DNA of 64,000 nt, from assembly GCF_018350175.1 (NCBI RefSeq), contig NC_058368.1, forward strand, positions 57,228,001-57,292,000, written 5' to 3'. Under the pieces are notes generated by a model. That model saw only the letters and a list, made by a program, of their open reading frames with translations. It searched no databases and had not been told where the DNA came from. Position 1 is the stretch's first letter. The number at the start of each line of letters is the position of its first letter. This DNA comes from Felis catus. Lineage: Eukaryota. The position numbers and the translations under genes are program-made. This document shows, piece by piece, positions 11,490 through 22,340 of this stretch.

Positions 11490-11964
11490 TTAGTGCTCCA
11501 ATGTCCGAACCCAGGGAAGGAGAAGAAAAGGGTTTGGGGGGGTGGGGGTGGATTCCTTCCTCCCTAACCCCCCCGCACTGCAACAACCCAGGCGCCAGTC
11601 AATAATTATATCCACAAACTATCCAGGCACGTAGTGCAAGGCAAGCAAAAAAGAAACAAAAAGAAACAAGAAGAAGAAGAAGAAGAAGAAGAAGAAGAAG
11701 AAGAAGAAGAAGAAGAAAGAGATGGAAAGAAAAGTAGAAAAAATAAACCCACTCTCCCTCAACCCTTTAAAAATTACCAAAAGAAGTTAAATATATACAT
11801 ATAAATTAAAAATACACCCTTACAGAATCTGATCTAGTGGTCCTCACTAATCAGGAAGGGAACAATGCTAGTAATTAGAAGCAAGTGCATGTTAGAGAAA
11901 CAAGCAGAGGGTTTGCAGCGTAGTACAGGCGCACTGCCTGTGCATGGCTGTGCGTCGGACTGAC
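11460..11964 (-). other. Candidate 5'UTR intron of SLITRK1
   Basis: Donor-like AAG|GTCAGT starts at 11964. Acceptor-like GAGCAG|GATGG ends at 11460 (53 nt before the ATG). An alternative acceptor TAG at ~11619 follows the long (CTT)n pyrimidine tract. Confidence 0.35.
11668..11717. repeat. (AAG)~16 trinucleotide microsatellite in the SLITRK1 5' region
   Basis: Uninterrupted aag repeats at 11668-11715. Confidence 0.95.
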
Positions 11965-12360
11965 CTTGCCTCTCTGATACAAAGCAGGGTTTTCGGCGGC
12001 TTCTGTAGCTGAGGCGGCTGATGGAGTTCTTGCTGTGGTTGCAGGTTGCCCAGAAGTCCCCCCGAGGTGCTGTCCAGTCCCCCCGGTGCTGAAATCACGC
12101 CCGACCGAAAGGACTCACGCTGCCGAGCCAATGGCGCTGGAAAATTTCCGCAATCGCTGCGTTTTGTGGCTGTCCATCCTTTTCCTTTCCTCCCTTTCGG
12201 TCCTCTTCAGCCGTTTTTTCTGGGCTCCAGCTCTCGGTTACTAGCTCTTCTTTTCTTTTTCTCCTCTTTATTCTGCTCTTTCGGAATTACGTGGAGGGGG
12301 CGGAGGGCGGGGGGCGAGTTGTCTGAGGGAGGGAGAGAGCGCGAGAATGGGGAGGGGGTA
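11880..12360 (-). promoter_or_regulatory. CpG-rich promoter / first-exon region of SLITRK1
   Basis: High CpG density against the AT-rich flanks. CCAAT at 12128-12132, GC boxes GGGGCGGAG/GGGCGGGG at ~12296-12315, no TATA seen. The TSS cannot be placed from sequence alone. Confidence 0.7.
12066..12093 (-). promoter_or_regulatory. Non-canonical (9-nt spacer) RE1/NRSE REST-binding motif
   Basis: The minus strand reads TTCAGCACC-GGGGGGACT-GGACAGCACC. The canonical RE1 is TTCAGCACC-nn-GGACAGCGCC. Confidence 0.65.
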
Positions 12361-13185
12361 GAAGAGAGTTGCTAAGAAGCTCTGCTTGTTCCAGCCTGGT
12401 GCACTCTGAAAGATCTGACACCCTCTGCTGATCTGCAGTAGCAAAAATCCATCTGGTGAGGGAATGCTGAAGGAAAAAAAAAAATCAATCCACGTACAGG
12501 GCAAGCGTTAAAAATGTGGGCATTAAAGGCTGTCGATCCAGATAGACGCTTATTTCAAATGGATTATTTAATTCTTTTTTGCGTGCTGAAAACTTTACCC
12601 TTTCCTTTCCTTAATGACCTCACAGCCCCCACTGGCTCCAGCGTTTGGAAAGGAGTGCTTTTAAAACATTTATTTCCCAATGGCTTGAATAAAATTAGTG
12701 TCAGGGTGTCAAGCGAACAGCAATTTGAGGTAATTATACTGCACGCCATTTTCATCGGTGCTTTAAATGCATTTCTTCCGTCTCTGCAGTACAATGTTTT
12801 ATGCTATTTGATGTCTTTGAAACCTTTTTTTTTTTTTTTTGGCTATGTTTAAAGTGATTATTTGGAACATATAATCGTATCATATATTTTTTTTAAATAA
12901 TATACTTGGGTATGAATTTTTTGTTGCATGGATATAATTTAGGCACATACTTTTTCTTTTTTAAACTTGGTATAGAATTTTAGTCAATTTGGTTGTTGAG
13001 AGTTAGGTTTCTCTGATGATATTTCTTGAATGTTATTTAAGTCTGCAGGGTGAAAATACAATGCCTGCTTGCGTCTTTGATTCCAGACCCGAAAGCTTTC
13101 ACAGAGAACCGGAAAAGGAGGGAGGGAGCAGGAAAAAATCCCAATATGATTCGTGAGTGCTCTTAAAAACCCACTGGCAGACTGG

Positions 13186-13194
13186 CACGCGCAC

Positions 13195-13227
<33 letters not shown>

Positions 13228-13253
13228 GCACGCACTCACTCACTCACTCACTC
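13186..13253. repeat. Compound (CA)n/(CACG)n/(CACT)n microsatellite
   Basis: Direct reading of the sequence. Confidence 0.9.
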
Positions 13254-13328
13254 AGACACACTCACAAAGTTTCCGAATTTGAACGGACGATTTTAAAACG
13301 CATACAAGTAAATAACCAGTTGCATTTT

Positions 13329-13351
13329 GAGGGAGAGAGAGGGGGAGTGGG

Positions 13352-13401
<50 letters not shown>
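13329..13401. repeat. (GA)n polypurine microsatellite
   Basis: Direct reading of the sequence. Confidence 0.9.
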
Positions 13402-13405
<4 letters not shown>

Positions 13406-14068
13406 GCTGGTCTCTAAGGCCCTGTTCGAAGCTTCTCTGCAGGTAGCTAGCAGTTTCTCTTCTCTGGGTCACTGGTGCTAGTGGAGCTTGGCTAGGGCTT
13501 TTCTCAGAGAAGGAATCTCCGGTTCCTCAAACTTAGATGGAGCTTATAAAAACCAAGTTCTACAAACACCGGAGAGGTGAGAAATGGTGAGAGACTGCTG
13601 CTTGTCAGCTGTTCTGCTGACTTTTCTTATTAGTGTCAAAACCTTTTCAGTGAATGCATTTTTAAAATTGTGCACATTTTAGGGTTTGAATTTACAGGAC
13701 ATGATGGTGATGGTGATGGTGATGATGATGATGATGCCCTTTCTTCAGTCGAAGTAGAAATATGTTTACATCAGTTTCCCTTTCAACTATGTGTTATGCA
13801 ATTGGATAGCTGTTAATATGCCTGCTAATAATCTGAATAAAAGATCCAATATTCAAGGATGTGTGCATTTTGAAAAGACTGGAGAGTTAAAGAATTCCGG
13901 GAAGGACTAGAGATAGGGAAATTCAGAGAAGTGTAGAGGAAAATTTTTTCTTGGGTCCAGAAGCTAATTCTTTGGGGGAGGCAGTTTTCGTATCTATAGA
14001 TAATATTTTCATATAATCAAATGCATTGTCTTCTGGTGAAATTCAGCCGGAGAGCATGGATGAAGGTT

Positions 14069-14070
<2 letters not shown>

Positions 14071-14150
<80 letters not shown>

Positions 14151-14197
14151 CACACAGAGAGAGAGAGAGAGACTGAGAGAGAGAGACTGAGAGAGAG
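14071..14197. repeat. Compound (GT)n(GA)n microsatellite
   Basis: Direct reading of the sequence. Confidence 0.9.
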
Positions 14198-15694
14198 GCG
14201 AGGCCTTTTTTTAGACAACCTATTACACTCCTAAAACAATTCCCTTCCTATTTAATTTAACCCATTACCACATGTAGAAAGAGAAAACGCTTAATCTGAA
14301 ACCATTTCACTGAAAAAATGCTATGCAGTAGAGCTGCAGAAGTGCTGGAGGAGTTATACTGAAGGGAAGGATATTTCTGTATCTTTGTAATAGGACTCAG
14401 GTCTGAAACTTCTTAGCCCCAGAAAACACCCTGTGAAAGGCAGCCTCTTTCAGTGTCTGTGATTGATAGGGGTAAGTAGGCTCTGAAGGGGAGACAGAAA
14501 AATGCTGTCTGTTTAAGAAGAAAAGTATTGATGGTAATCATCTAAAATCACACTTTTTCACTTAATTAGTTACTTGTTTATTCAACTTGCTGAATAAACT
14601 CTTTATATGAAGAGACCGAAAGAACATATTTCAGTTGATTTTAAATGAACAGAATTGAGGTAGCAAGCAATTGATATTCACATTTCACCCCTCCCCCACC
14701 CATTAAATTCTCTCTCTCTTCCTTGATTGCTTCTTGCCTCTCCAAGCACCAGTCACATTAGAAAATTTACAATCAGGGTTTTCCTACTTAGACACATTAC
14801 AATTTGAGGGGGGGAGTTACCCTCCTCAAATAGTTTATTACGTCTGTACTCTAAGAAAAGGTGTGTGGTAGTGTCAGATGAGCAACCAAATCAGAAGAAA
14901 ATATTAGGTAATATTACCTAGATGAAGATATTCAATACAAAGTTGCAAGCTAACAACACAGATACACACATGTAGTTCCTTTGAAAATGCACCCTCATTA
15001 ATTAGCCAAAACATGTTTCTTAAAAATATTATTGTCCTAAAAATTCATTTCAGAGAAATAAATCAGTCCAGGAAAGCACTCCCATCCCTCCAAAGATTAA
15101 CTCTTCAAGTACAACAGTAAATTTCTTGGTGGGAAATAAAAAAAAATATGGCAATGTGTATGCGATCTAAACATTTCTAATGCCTTAGGGGAACATTTCT
15201 TAGGCATGAACTCTTTTTAAAAGGGTTCTACTGTATCTATTTGAGTTCAAGTGAACTACTTCAATTGCTTTGCCTCTCATAACAGATGATCTCAGGAGCC
15301 TGAGATAAAGGATACTCCAGATGATGATGAGAACTGATAATATTTGCTCAGGGCTGTAGTTTTGCTTCTGGGCTGTGGCTAGAAGGATTTCAACTGTATC
15401 ATTAAAAGTTCATGTTTTCTTATTCTTCTTCAACAGTTTCATCTCTTAAGTGACAAAAGCTAGATATACATATCACAAAATCATTATGATTAAAAATAGA
15501 GTTATCAGTTTGTTATCTATTTCCCCAAGTGGCATCAAATTTCCAGATGTTTCCATGCATATGTGTACTGCATATTTAAGATGGAAGAATAGAATATATA
15601 ACAAATATTAATTTAAAATATTAAATATCTTAAGATATTTAGTTTATTTATTCTGCACAATAATTTTAAAAGTATTCAGTTTTGATTTTTAATT

Positions 15695-15906
15695 AAAAAA
15701 AATTCTTAATGTTTATTTATTTTTCAGACAGAGAGACACAGAGCATGAATGGGGGAGGGTCAGAGAGAGGGAGACACAGAATCTGAAACAGGCTCCAGGC
15801 TCTGAGCTGTTAGCACAGAGCCCAACGCGGGGCTCGAACATGGACCGCAAAATCATGACCTCAGCCAAAGTAGGCCGCTTAACCGACTGAGCCACCCAGG
15901 TGCCTC
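15695..15906 (-). mobile_element. Felid CanSINE (SINEC_Fc-like)
   Basis: tRNA-derived head, (CT)n region and A-rich tail on the minus strand. TSD tgatttttaatt at 15683-15694 and 15907-15918. Confidence 0.92.
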
Positions 15907-17109
15907 TGATTTTTAATTTTAAAGAAATACATTTTTATTTAAGAAATACAAAATTATATATAGGAAGTCCATCTTTTAGTCTTCTCTCATCCATGATTTT
16001 TATTCCAGAGGAAACTACTGAAAACTTGTGTATAGTGAATTTAATATTGTTATTCTATTTTATAGATGCTTAAACCAAAACTGAGGAGTATTGAGTAATC
16101 TACCAAGATTGAATAATACCAGCTGACTTTGCCAGAGTTAACAAAACTACACCCTCATGAGCTAAACTTTTATTCCTACTTGTAAGTCCTTATTTGCTCT
16201 AAATCTGTTACTTCAGGTAAGCTCCCCATGGGTCAATTTCCTTACTAGCAAATTAATTCATTGAAGTTTGTGGAATTTTTGTCCCTTCATGCTTTTTTTC
16301 CTGATTCCAAAATCTTTAAAAGTGATTTCAGAAAAATCCGAATGTCTCTTGCCTCCTTAGACTTTTTACATTTGGAGTTGGGATATTTTATTAATGTATT
16401 TGCATATTCACTTGGCCTTGAAACCAAGAATAAATGTAATAACCACTGTAGAATAGAATTCACTGGTGCTGACTTTAATCTACTACTATCCTTGCTATTT
16501 CACAAGATAAAGGAGTTGTTGGAATTCTTTCTTCTGTAATACAGATTGTAAACTAAGAGATGAGAACATAAATCAATTATACCTATAAACTAATATGCTT
16601 AGAATGTAAGATTTCCCTCTATTTTTCTATAGTTTCTTTTTATGTTTGTAAACAATTTTCTAGGAGTGGAATACCAAGATAATTATCACATTACATGACT
16701 TCTGAAGGCAAAACCATAAAAGATATTTTTAAATTACTTTTTATAGTTGCTTTTCAAAATGTAGCTTTTATTTATAATGAAATAAACAGTAAACTAAGTA
16801 GGACACATAAAAATACTTTTACATTTTTACTTGTGACTTGAGATATCCTTTTTTCATATTCATATTACTTTAAATTTTAAGCTGCTTTGAGTCACGTTTG
16901 GCCATTTTCAAGTGGAACTGATGTTCTCATAAAGTCTCATTGTCTAATAAAACTCATGTGAATCACTATTTTGGACATATTGGAGAGGACACTGATCAAA
17001 AACATAATTTATATGAAGGGAAATGCTAATCAATTATTTTTAAAAATTTAACATAGATCACACAACCAAATGTTTGCCTGGAAAGGGTAACAGTTGACTT
17101 AGGTGTATA

Positions 17110-17386
17110 CAATTGTCTCTTGAACAACCCCTTGCACAGTTGAAGATCCATGTATAACTTTTTACTCTCCCAAAATTTCACTGTTAATAGTCTACTGTTG
17201 ACAAGAAGGCTTACCAATAACATAAATGGTCAGTTAACATATATTTTGTATATGATTATATACTGTATCTGACAGTAAAGTAAGCTAGAAAAAAGAAAAG
17301 ACTATTAAGAAGATCATAAAGAGGATAAAATACATTTATAGTATTGTGCTGTATCTATCAAACCTATTTTGTTCAAGGGTCAACTG
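17110..17386. mobile_element. Tigger2-family non-autonomous DNA transposon (Tigger2a/MER28-like)
   Basis: TIRs CAATTGTCTCTTGAACAA ... TTGTTCAAGGGTCAACTG, with TA on the left. Internal taaagtaagctagaaaaaagaaaa motif. Confidence 0.75.
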
Positions 17387-17485
17387 TGCTACACTGTATT
17401 CTGTACTATACTACCATGAAGTAAGAACACATATTCCTCCAATTGTTTATATTAATGGGTGCCTAAGTATATAACTATTAAGAAC

Positions 17486-17851
17486 TGTTAAAACACAAAA
17501 TTCAACTGAATAAAATTTAAAGATTTTATTGGCTTTACTCAATGATTCATGAGTTCAGCAGCTTTCTATCTAGCAGATAGTGAAGTGCTCCAAAGAGCTG
17601 TCCAAAATGAAAAAGACTTTTGTAGGCAGAAGGCAAGCATGAACAAAAAAGTTATACTAGCAAAAATCAGAGTGGTTGTGGCAAGGTCACTTTTCTTCAG
17701 AGCATGGAACGAGTTCTTAGAGCCGATAACCTCACTCATGCTGATTTAATATTCTACTTCTGGGAGAGCCAAAATGAATTCAGTATTAGTTTGGTGATGT
17801 GGGGCTTAGCATAAGCAACTCCATCTTGGGCCTGTTGTTTTGTTTTTAACA
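17486..17851 (-). mobile_element. Solo ERV1-type LTR (MER4-group-like)
   Basis: Ends TGTTAAAA...TTTTAACA (8-bp IR) with a 4-bp TSD gaac (17482-85 / 17852-55). Minus-strand AATAAA at 17525-17530 and a U3 start ...ggcccaagatggagttgcttatgctaag. Confidence 0.8.
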
Positions 17852-18019
17852 GAACTTATTTTACTTTTAAAAATTTGTAAGATACTGCAGATAATTACTC
17901 ACAGAAAAGGAATTCTGTGTTATGTACAAATTACATATTACATTTTTAAGATAAAGCGATACATGTTACTAGTGGAGCTTTTGGAAAACACTGAAAACAA
18001 CAGCAAAAAAATAAAATAA

Positions 18020-18660
18020 TATCTACTGCATTCCAACACCCAGAAATTAGTAAAAACATCCACACATATATTTTGCAATATACTTTTTGCACTTAACATT
18101 TATTTGTGAACATTGTTCATATTCCTTGTTATTAAACAACAATTATCCATCATTATATTATATTATATTATATTATATTATATTATATTATATATTTTAT
18201 ATTTTATATTTTATATTTTATATATTATATTTTATATATTATATTTTATATATTATATTTTATATATTATATTTTATATATTATATTTTATATATTACAT
18301 TAGAGGCTGAATTCCTTTGTACGGCATAGAATAATTCATTGAATTAATTTCACATTGTTGGATATTTAGTTCTTACTAAAATTTTTACTCTTATAAATAA
18401 TGCTGCAAAGAACAACCTTGTGCTCAAATCACTATGAACATCATCATTTATCTTCTTATTATAGATTCCTAGAAGTAGAATTGCCAGGTCAAAGTGTAGG
18501 AATAATATTAAGACTTTTGATACAAACTGACAAGTTGCCTACACAAAAATTTTGCCAATTTATATTCTATCCATGGTAGATGAGATTTGCTATTTCCTTA
18601 AACCCCTGCCAACACTATTTGTTATTATTTAAAATATTTTCCAATCAGTTCAGTACTTTT
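18020..18660 (-). mobile_element. Old L1 (L1ME-like) fragment, interrupted by an AT-rich tandem repeat
   Basis: ataaataatgctgcaaagaacaacc ... ttcctagaagtagaattgccaggtcaaag ... cctgccaacact are typical antisense L1 3' motifs. Confidence 0.65.
18152..18300. repeat. (TATAT)n evolving into a 14-bp TTTTATATATTATA minisatellite
   Basis: Direct reading of the sequence. Confidence 0.9.
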
Positions 18661-20524
18661 AAAGTGAAGCCAAGCTGATCCATTTACTTAAGCAAATAAT
18701 TTTCAATTTATGATTATTTATTGAGTACATTGTTTGCCTTTTTCATTCCTGTTTAAGTATTAAGATATGGTTCAGCTTAAAATCACTTCTGTGACTTTCC
18801 AGACCAAGCTATCTATGCATCTCAGGACCTTTCAGCTTAATGTATTCAGTAAAATAACTAATAAATTGTGTATTTTTTTTAAAAAATTGTTTGTGGAATT
18901 GATTCCTCGCTAAAATGTAATATTCTTGAGAGAATAAAATTCTTTTATATTTTTATATCAGTCATCTAGCAGAGCAATGGGCACATAATATGTGAGATGT
19001 ATACTCTACCGGTGAAATAAGGCAGTAGCAAGTTAGTGATAAATTGAATAGGACAGATCACAAGAGTTAGAAGCTCAGAGACAGGATTAATTCACAAACT
19101 AGTTACCCGCGGAAGTGATATGATCTGTGAATTTTTTAGGTACATTTTTAGGTTTCATGTTTTCCATGCATTATGTGCACTTTATACATTTTTTCTTGTA
19201 TTATCATGCATGTATTTATGAATTTTTTTCCTCTGGAAAATGAGTTTCTAACCTACATTTTGTATATCCCATAAGAGTAGTATAGCACCATGGACCTAGT
19301 TGACAACCAATGAATGGGTGATGATGCTAATGATGGGGACATGTTGCTGCTTTTGCAAGAGGAAGTGGATTATGAAATTAGCTGTTGTGAATATAAAAGA
19401 TCATGAAAGTCTATAGACCCAGTGAGGTTAACTTTTCAGGTTATTGACTGGATTTTTAAAAGATGTGAAAACAAAACAAATGTATGAATACAAAAATATT
19501 ATTTGCTATTCTGTTATTTTTTTTTCAGAGCTATGGCAAAATCTTAAAGATGTTAAGTTGTCTTTTGCCCCCTATTTTGTTTCTAAAATATTTTCTTTCT
19601 TTACCTTTCTCTTTGTCCCACTCATTATTATTTTGTTATATACATTAGTATGTCTTCCTTGGGACTTATTTCAGGACAAAATTTGACTGTCTTTCAAGTG
19701 TTCATATGAGGGCAAGATTATGTACCATTTAAAAATGTATTATACTCACATTCTTTTTCATCAGTTTTCAAAAACAAAGTGTTAAAATCATTTATTTCCT
19801 TTTACACACACACATGTACACTAGCCATACACAAACATGTATATACACTGTATGCACAATAAATCATAAAAGAACCTACTGTATGCAAAACACCAGAATG
19901 CAAAAACTGCAAGATGGACAAAGCTGCCACTTACATTTTCACTCTTGATTCTTAAATATACAATGTCTTGATCCAGAGAAATAAATGTCTAAAGGTAGAA
20001 TTACATGCACTATTGCAGGCCAGGTAAAGATGCATTTAACAGAGGTGGATGCCTTGTTGTGATGACCATTACATTATATCATGCAGATGGCTAGTGGCTA
20101 ATCAGCTGATGAAAAAGGTCAACACCATCTCTTAAATTTGTCCACAAGCACTATATACTAGTAACTAATTTCAGTTTCGATATTATGGAGAATGAAAATC
20201 TTATAGGGCATTTAAATCGCCCAAGAAAAAAGAACTAAATATTATTTATTAAACTAGAAAACATGTTATTTTCTAATCAGTTGGAATTGGCAGTTCTTAA
20301 CATTTATGGTAACTATTAGGCTGTGAAAAATCATTATCTCACATGAGCAGTTGCCTAGAGCAGTGAAAATAGCATGGGCTTTGGCATCAAACTCAGGAAA
20401 TCATACTTTGTAGTACACCGGGCTTATGGGAGAATCTCTTACTCCGATCCTAATAGCAGTCAATTTCCCACCTTTTAAGTCTTATTTGGAGATAAACCAC
20501 ATATAATATCATAAATGGTAAAAC

Positions 20525-20945
20525 ATTAGACACCCATTTTCCCAGTTCTTCTGGTGGCTAGGGCAGATCATATGACTTGGCTCATGTGTCTGGATTTTGA
20601 AATTAGACTTAGTGACATGTGGCAAAGGAAACAGAAGGATTATCTCTGGCTATGGTAGCAATGGCAGCAATGAGAATATCCAACACAACTGGGGCAGGGG
20701 ACTTCTCAGGGTTCAGGGCTGAGACGGGAGCTGTTGAAAGCGTTTTGCTGTGGTTCCAGCGCTGGCAGCACCATCCTCAGCAGAGGAATGTTATGGCCTA
20801 ACTTCAACCATTTTGATTATGGGGCAACTTTTGCTCCTGTCCATGTACCCAACCTGGTTCTCTGATCTTTCCAGAGATTCTGGGAGCTACCCAGTTACCT
20901 TTTTCTAAATGGCTTCTCTGCTTGAGTAAATCAGAAAATCTGACT
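20525..20945 (+). mobile_element. Degenerate ERVL LTR (LTR33/LTR16-like)
   Basis: ttcccag...ggctagggcagatcatatgact at the start and ctgggagctacccagttacc...ttctctgcttgagtaaatcaga at the end resemble recalled LTR33 motifs. Confidence 0.4.
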
Positions 20946-21053
20946 GATCTGAGTGGGAGTAAGGTGCTGACTTTACATCCATGTTTTCCCAGGAAAGTCC
21001 TGGTTTATGCTGGTTGTTTCCCCTCACCCCCAAATTTTACCAATCCTTTTTCT

Positions 21054-21277
21054 TTTTTTTTTTAATTTTTTTTTTCAACGTTTATTTTTTTGGGGACAGA
21101 GAGAGACAGAGCATGAACGGGGGAGGGGCAGAGGGAGAGGGAGACACAGAATCAGAAACAGGCTCCAGGCTCCGAGCCATCAGCCCAGAGCCCGACGCGG
21201 GGCTCGAACTCACGGACCGTGAGATCGTGACCTGGCTGAAGTCGGACGCTTAACCGACTGCGCCACCCAGGCGCCCC
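21054..21277 (-). mobile_element. Young felid CanSINE (SINEC_Fc)
   Basis: CpG-intact consensus-like body. Perfect 14-bp TSD ccaatcctttttct (21040-21053 / 21280-21293). Confidence 0.97.
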
Positions 21278-22129
21278 ATCCAATCCTTTTTCTAATGCTA
21301 GTTTATCAAAGATAATTGTACAAGAAAGTAGGTAATTCGGGGCTACTTCTGAGATAATGATGGTTCAGGGTTTCTGAATATTGTAGTACAGACACAGCAG
21401 AACACAAATTCAAATTTTGTAATTGTTTGAAAACCCACAGTGTCACTTTGAAGGTGGCACTGAGAAATAAGGCTTTATGCCCAGTTATCTGCTCAGTTTT
21501 AACTTTGTTGCTGTACAGTCATATATCTACTTGTTATATCTCCAGGAGCATCCTGGAAAGTAAGCTGATGTTGGCAGTTAGATTGCATGGCTTGAGTAAT
21601 TCCCTTGAGGGACTTTTGTTATCATTTCTCATTTTACTGTGTCCCTGAAGTTAGGCTAACTAGCTACATTCCTGTTTCTTCTTGAACAAGCACCTCTATT
21701 ATAGCCATTTATTAAACATACAATGCTTATACTCAGTTTCCAATTATTTCAAGCTGAAATTTGTATCTAAAGCACAGTGAGGTTTCCCTTTCCCAGAATA
21801 TGTTGCTTTGTCCAAAAGCTTTGTCCTCTAAAACTATCATGAAGCCGAGGAAGTGATGTCATATCTGGTAGGTGATTTACATAAGTTAATAAACAAACAT
21901 ATGTACATGTATATATATACACACATATATAGGTACACATGCATATATATATATATATTTTTTCAAGCGTGGTTTTCTATCTCAAGTTGGTATTTTCCCA
22001 TTAGTATGCTTTTTGGAAAAGCGACTAAATCTTATCATCATTTGTTTTTCTTTATTGAAACACTTTATTGGAAAACTTATTTTTGAGAATATAAGATTCT
22101 GCTACATAGTAACAATTTATTTCTTTTTA

Positions 22130-22340
22130 AACTTAAAAAAATTTAATGTTTATTTTTGAAAGAGAGAGAGACAGAGTGTGAGGGGAGGGGCAGAGAGAGA
22201 GGGAGACACAGAATCTGAAGCAGGCTCCAGGCTCTGAGCTGTCAGCACAGAGCCTGACGTGGGGCTCAAACTCACAAACTGTGAGACCAGGACCTGAGCC
22301 AAAGTTGGAGGCTTAACTGACTGAACCACCCAGGTGCCCC
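22130..22340 (-). mobile_element. Felid CanSINE
   Basis: Typical body ending ccacccaggtgcccc. TSD is degenerate. Confidence 0.9.

Noticed and set aside
11407..11586. 60-aa N-terminal extension of SLITRK1 in the ORF track
   Set aside because: It starts at TTG with no in-frame ATG. It would bury the signal peptide, and the known protein starts at MLLWILL (11406).
9587..11605. Multiple plus-strand and alternate-frame ORFs overlapping SLITRK1
   Set aside because: Typical shadow ORFs of a GC-rich CDS, with no recognisable domains.
11892..12852. ORFs across the promoter region
   Set aside because: Low-complexity, overlapping on both strands, with no domain signal; consistent with CpG-island noise.
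20981..21253. SINE-derived ORFs (also 15713, 32828, 34558, 40896, 52382)
   Set aside because: Translations of CanSINE sequence; the same peptides recur at each copy.
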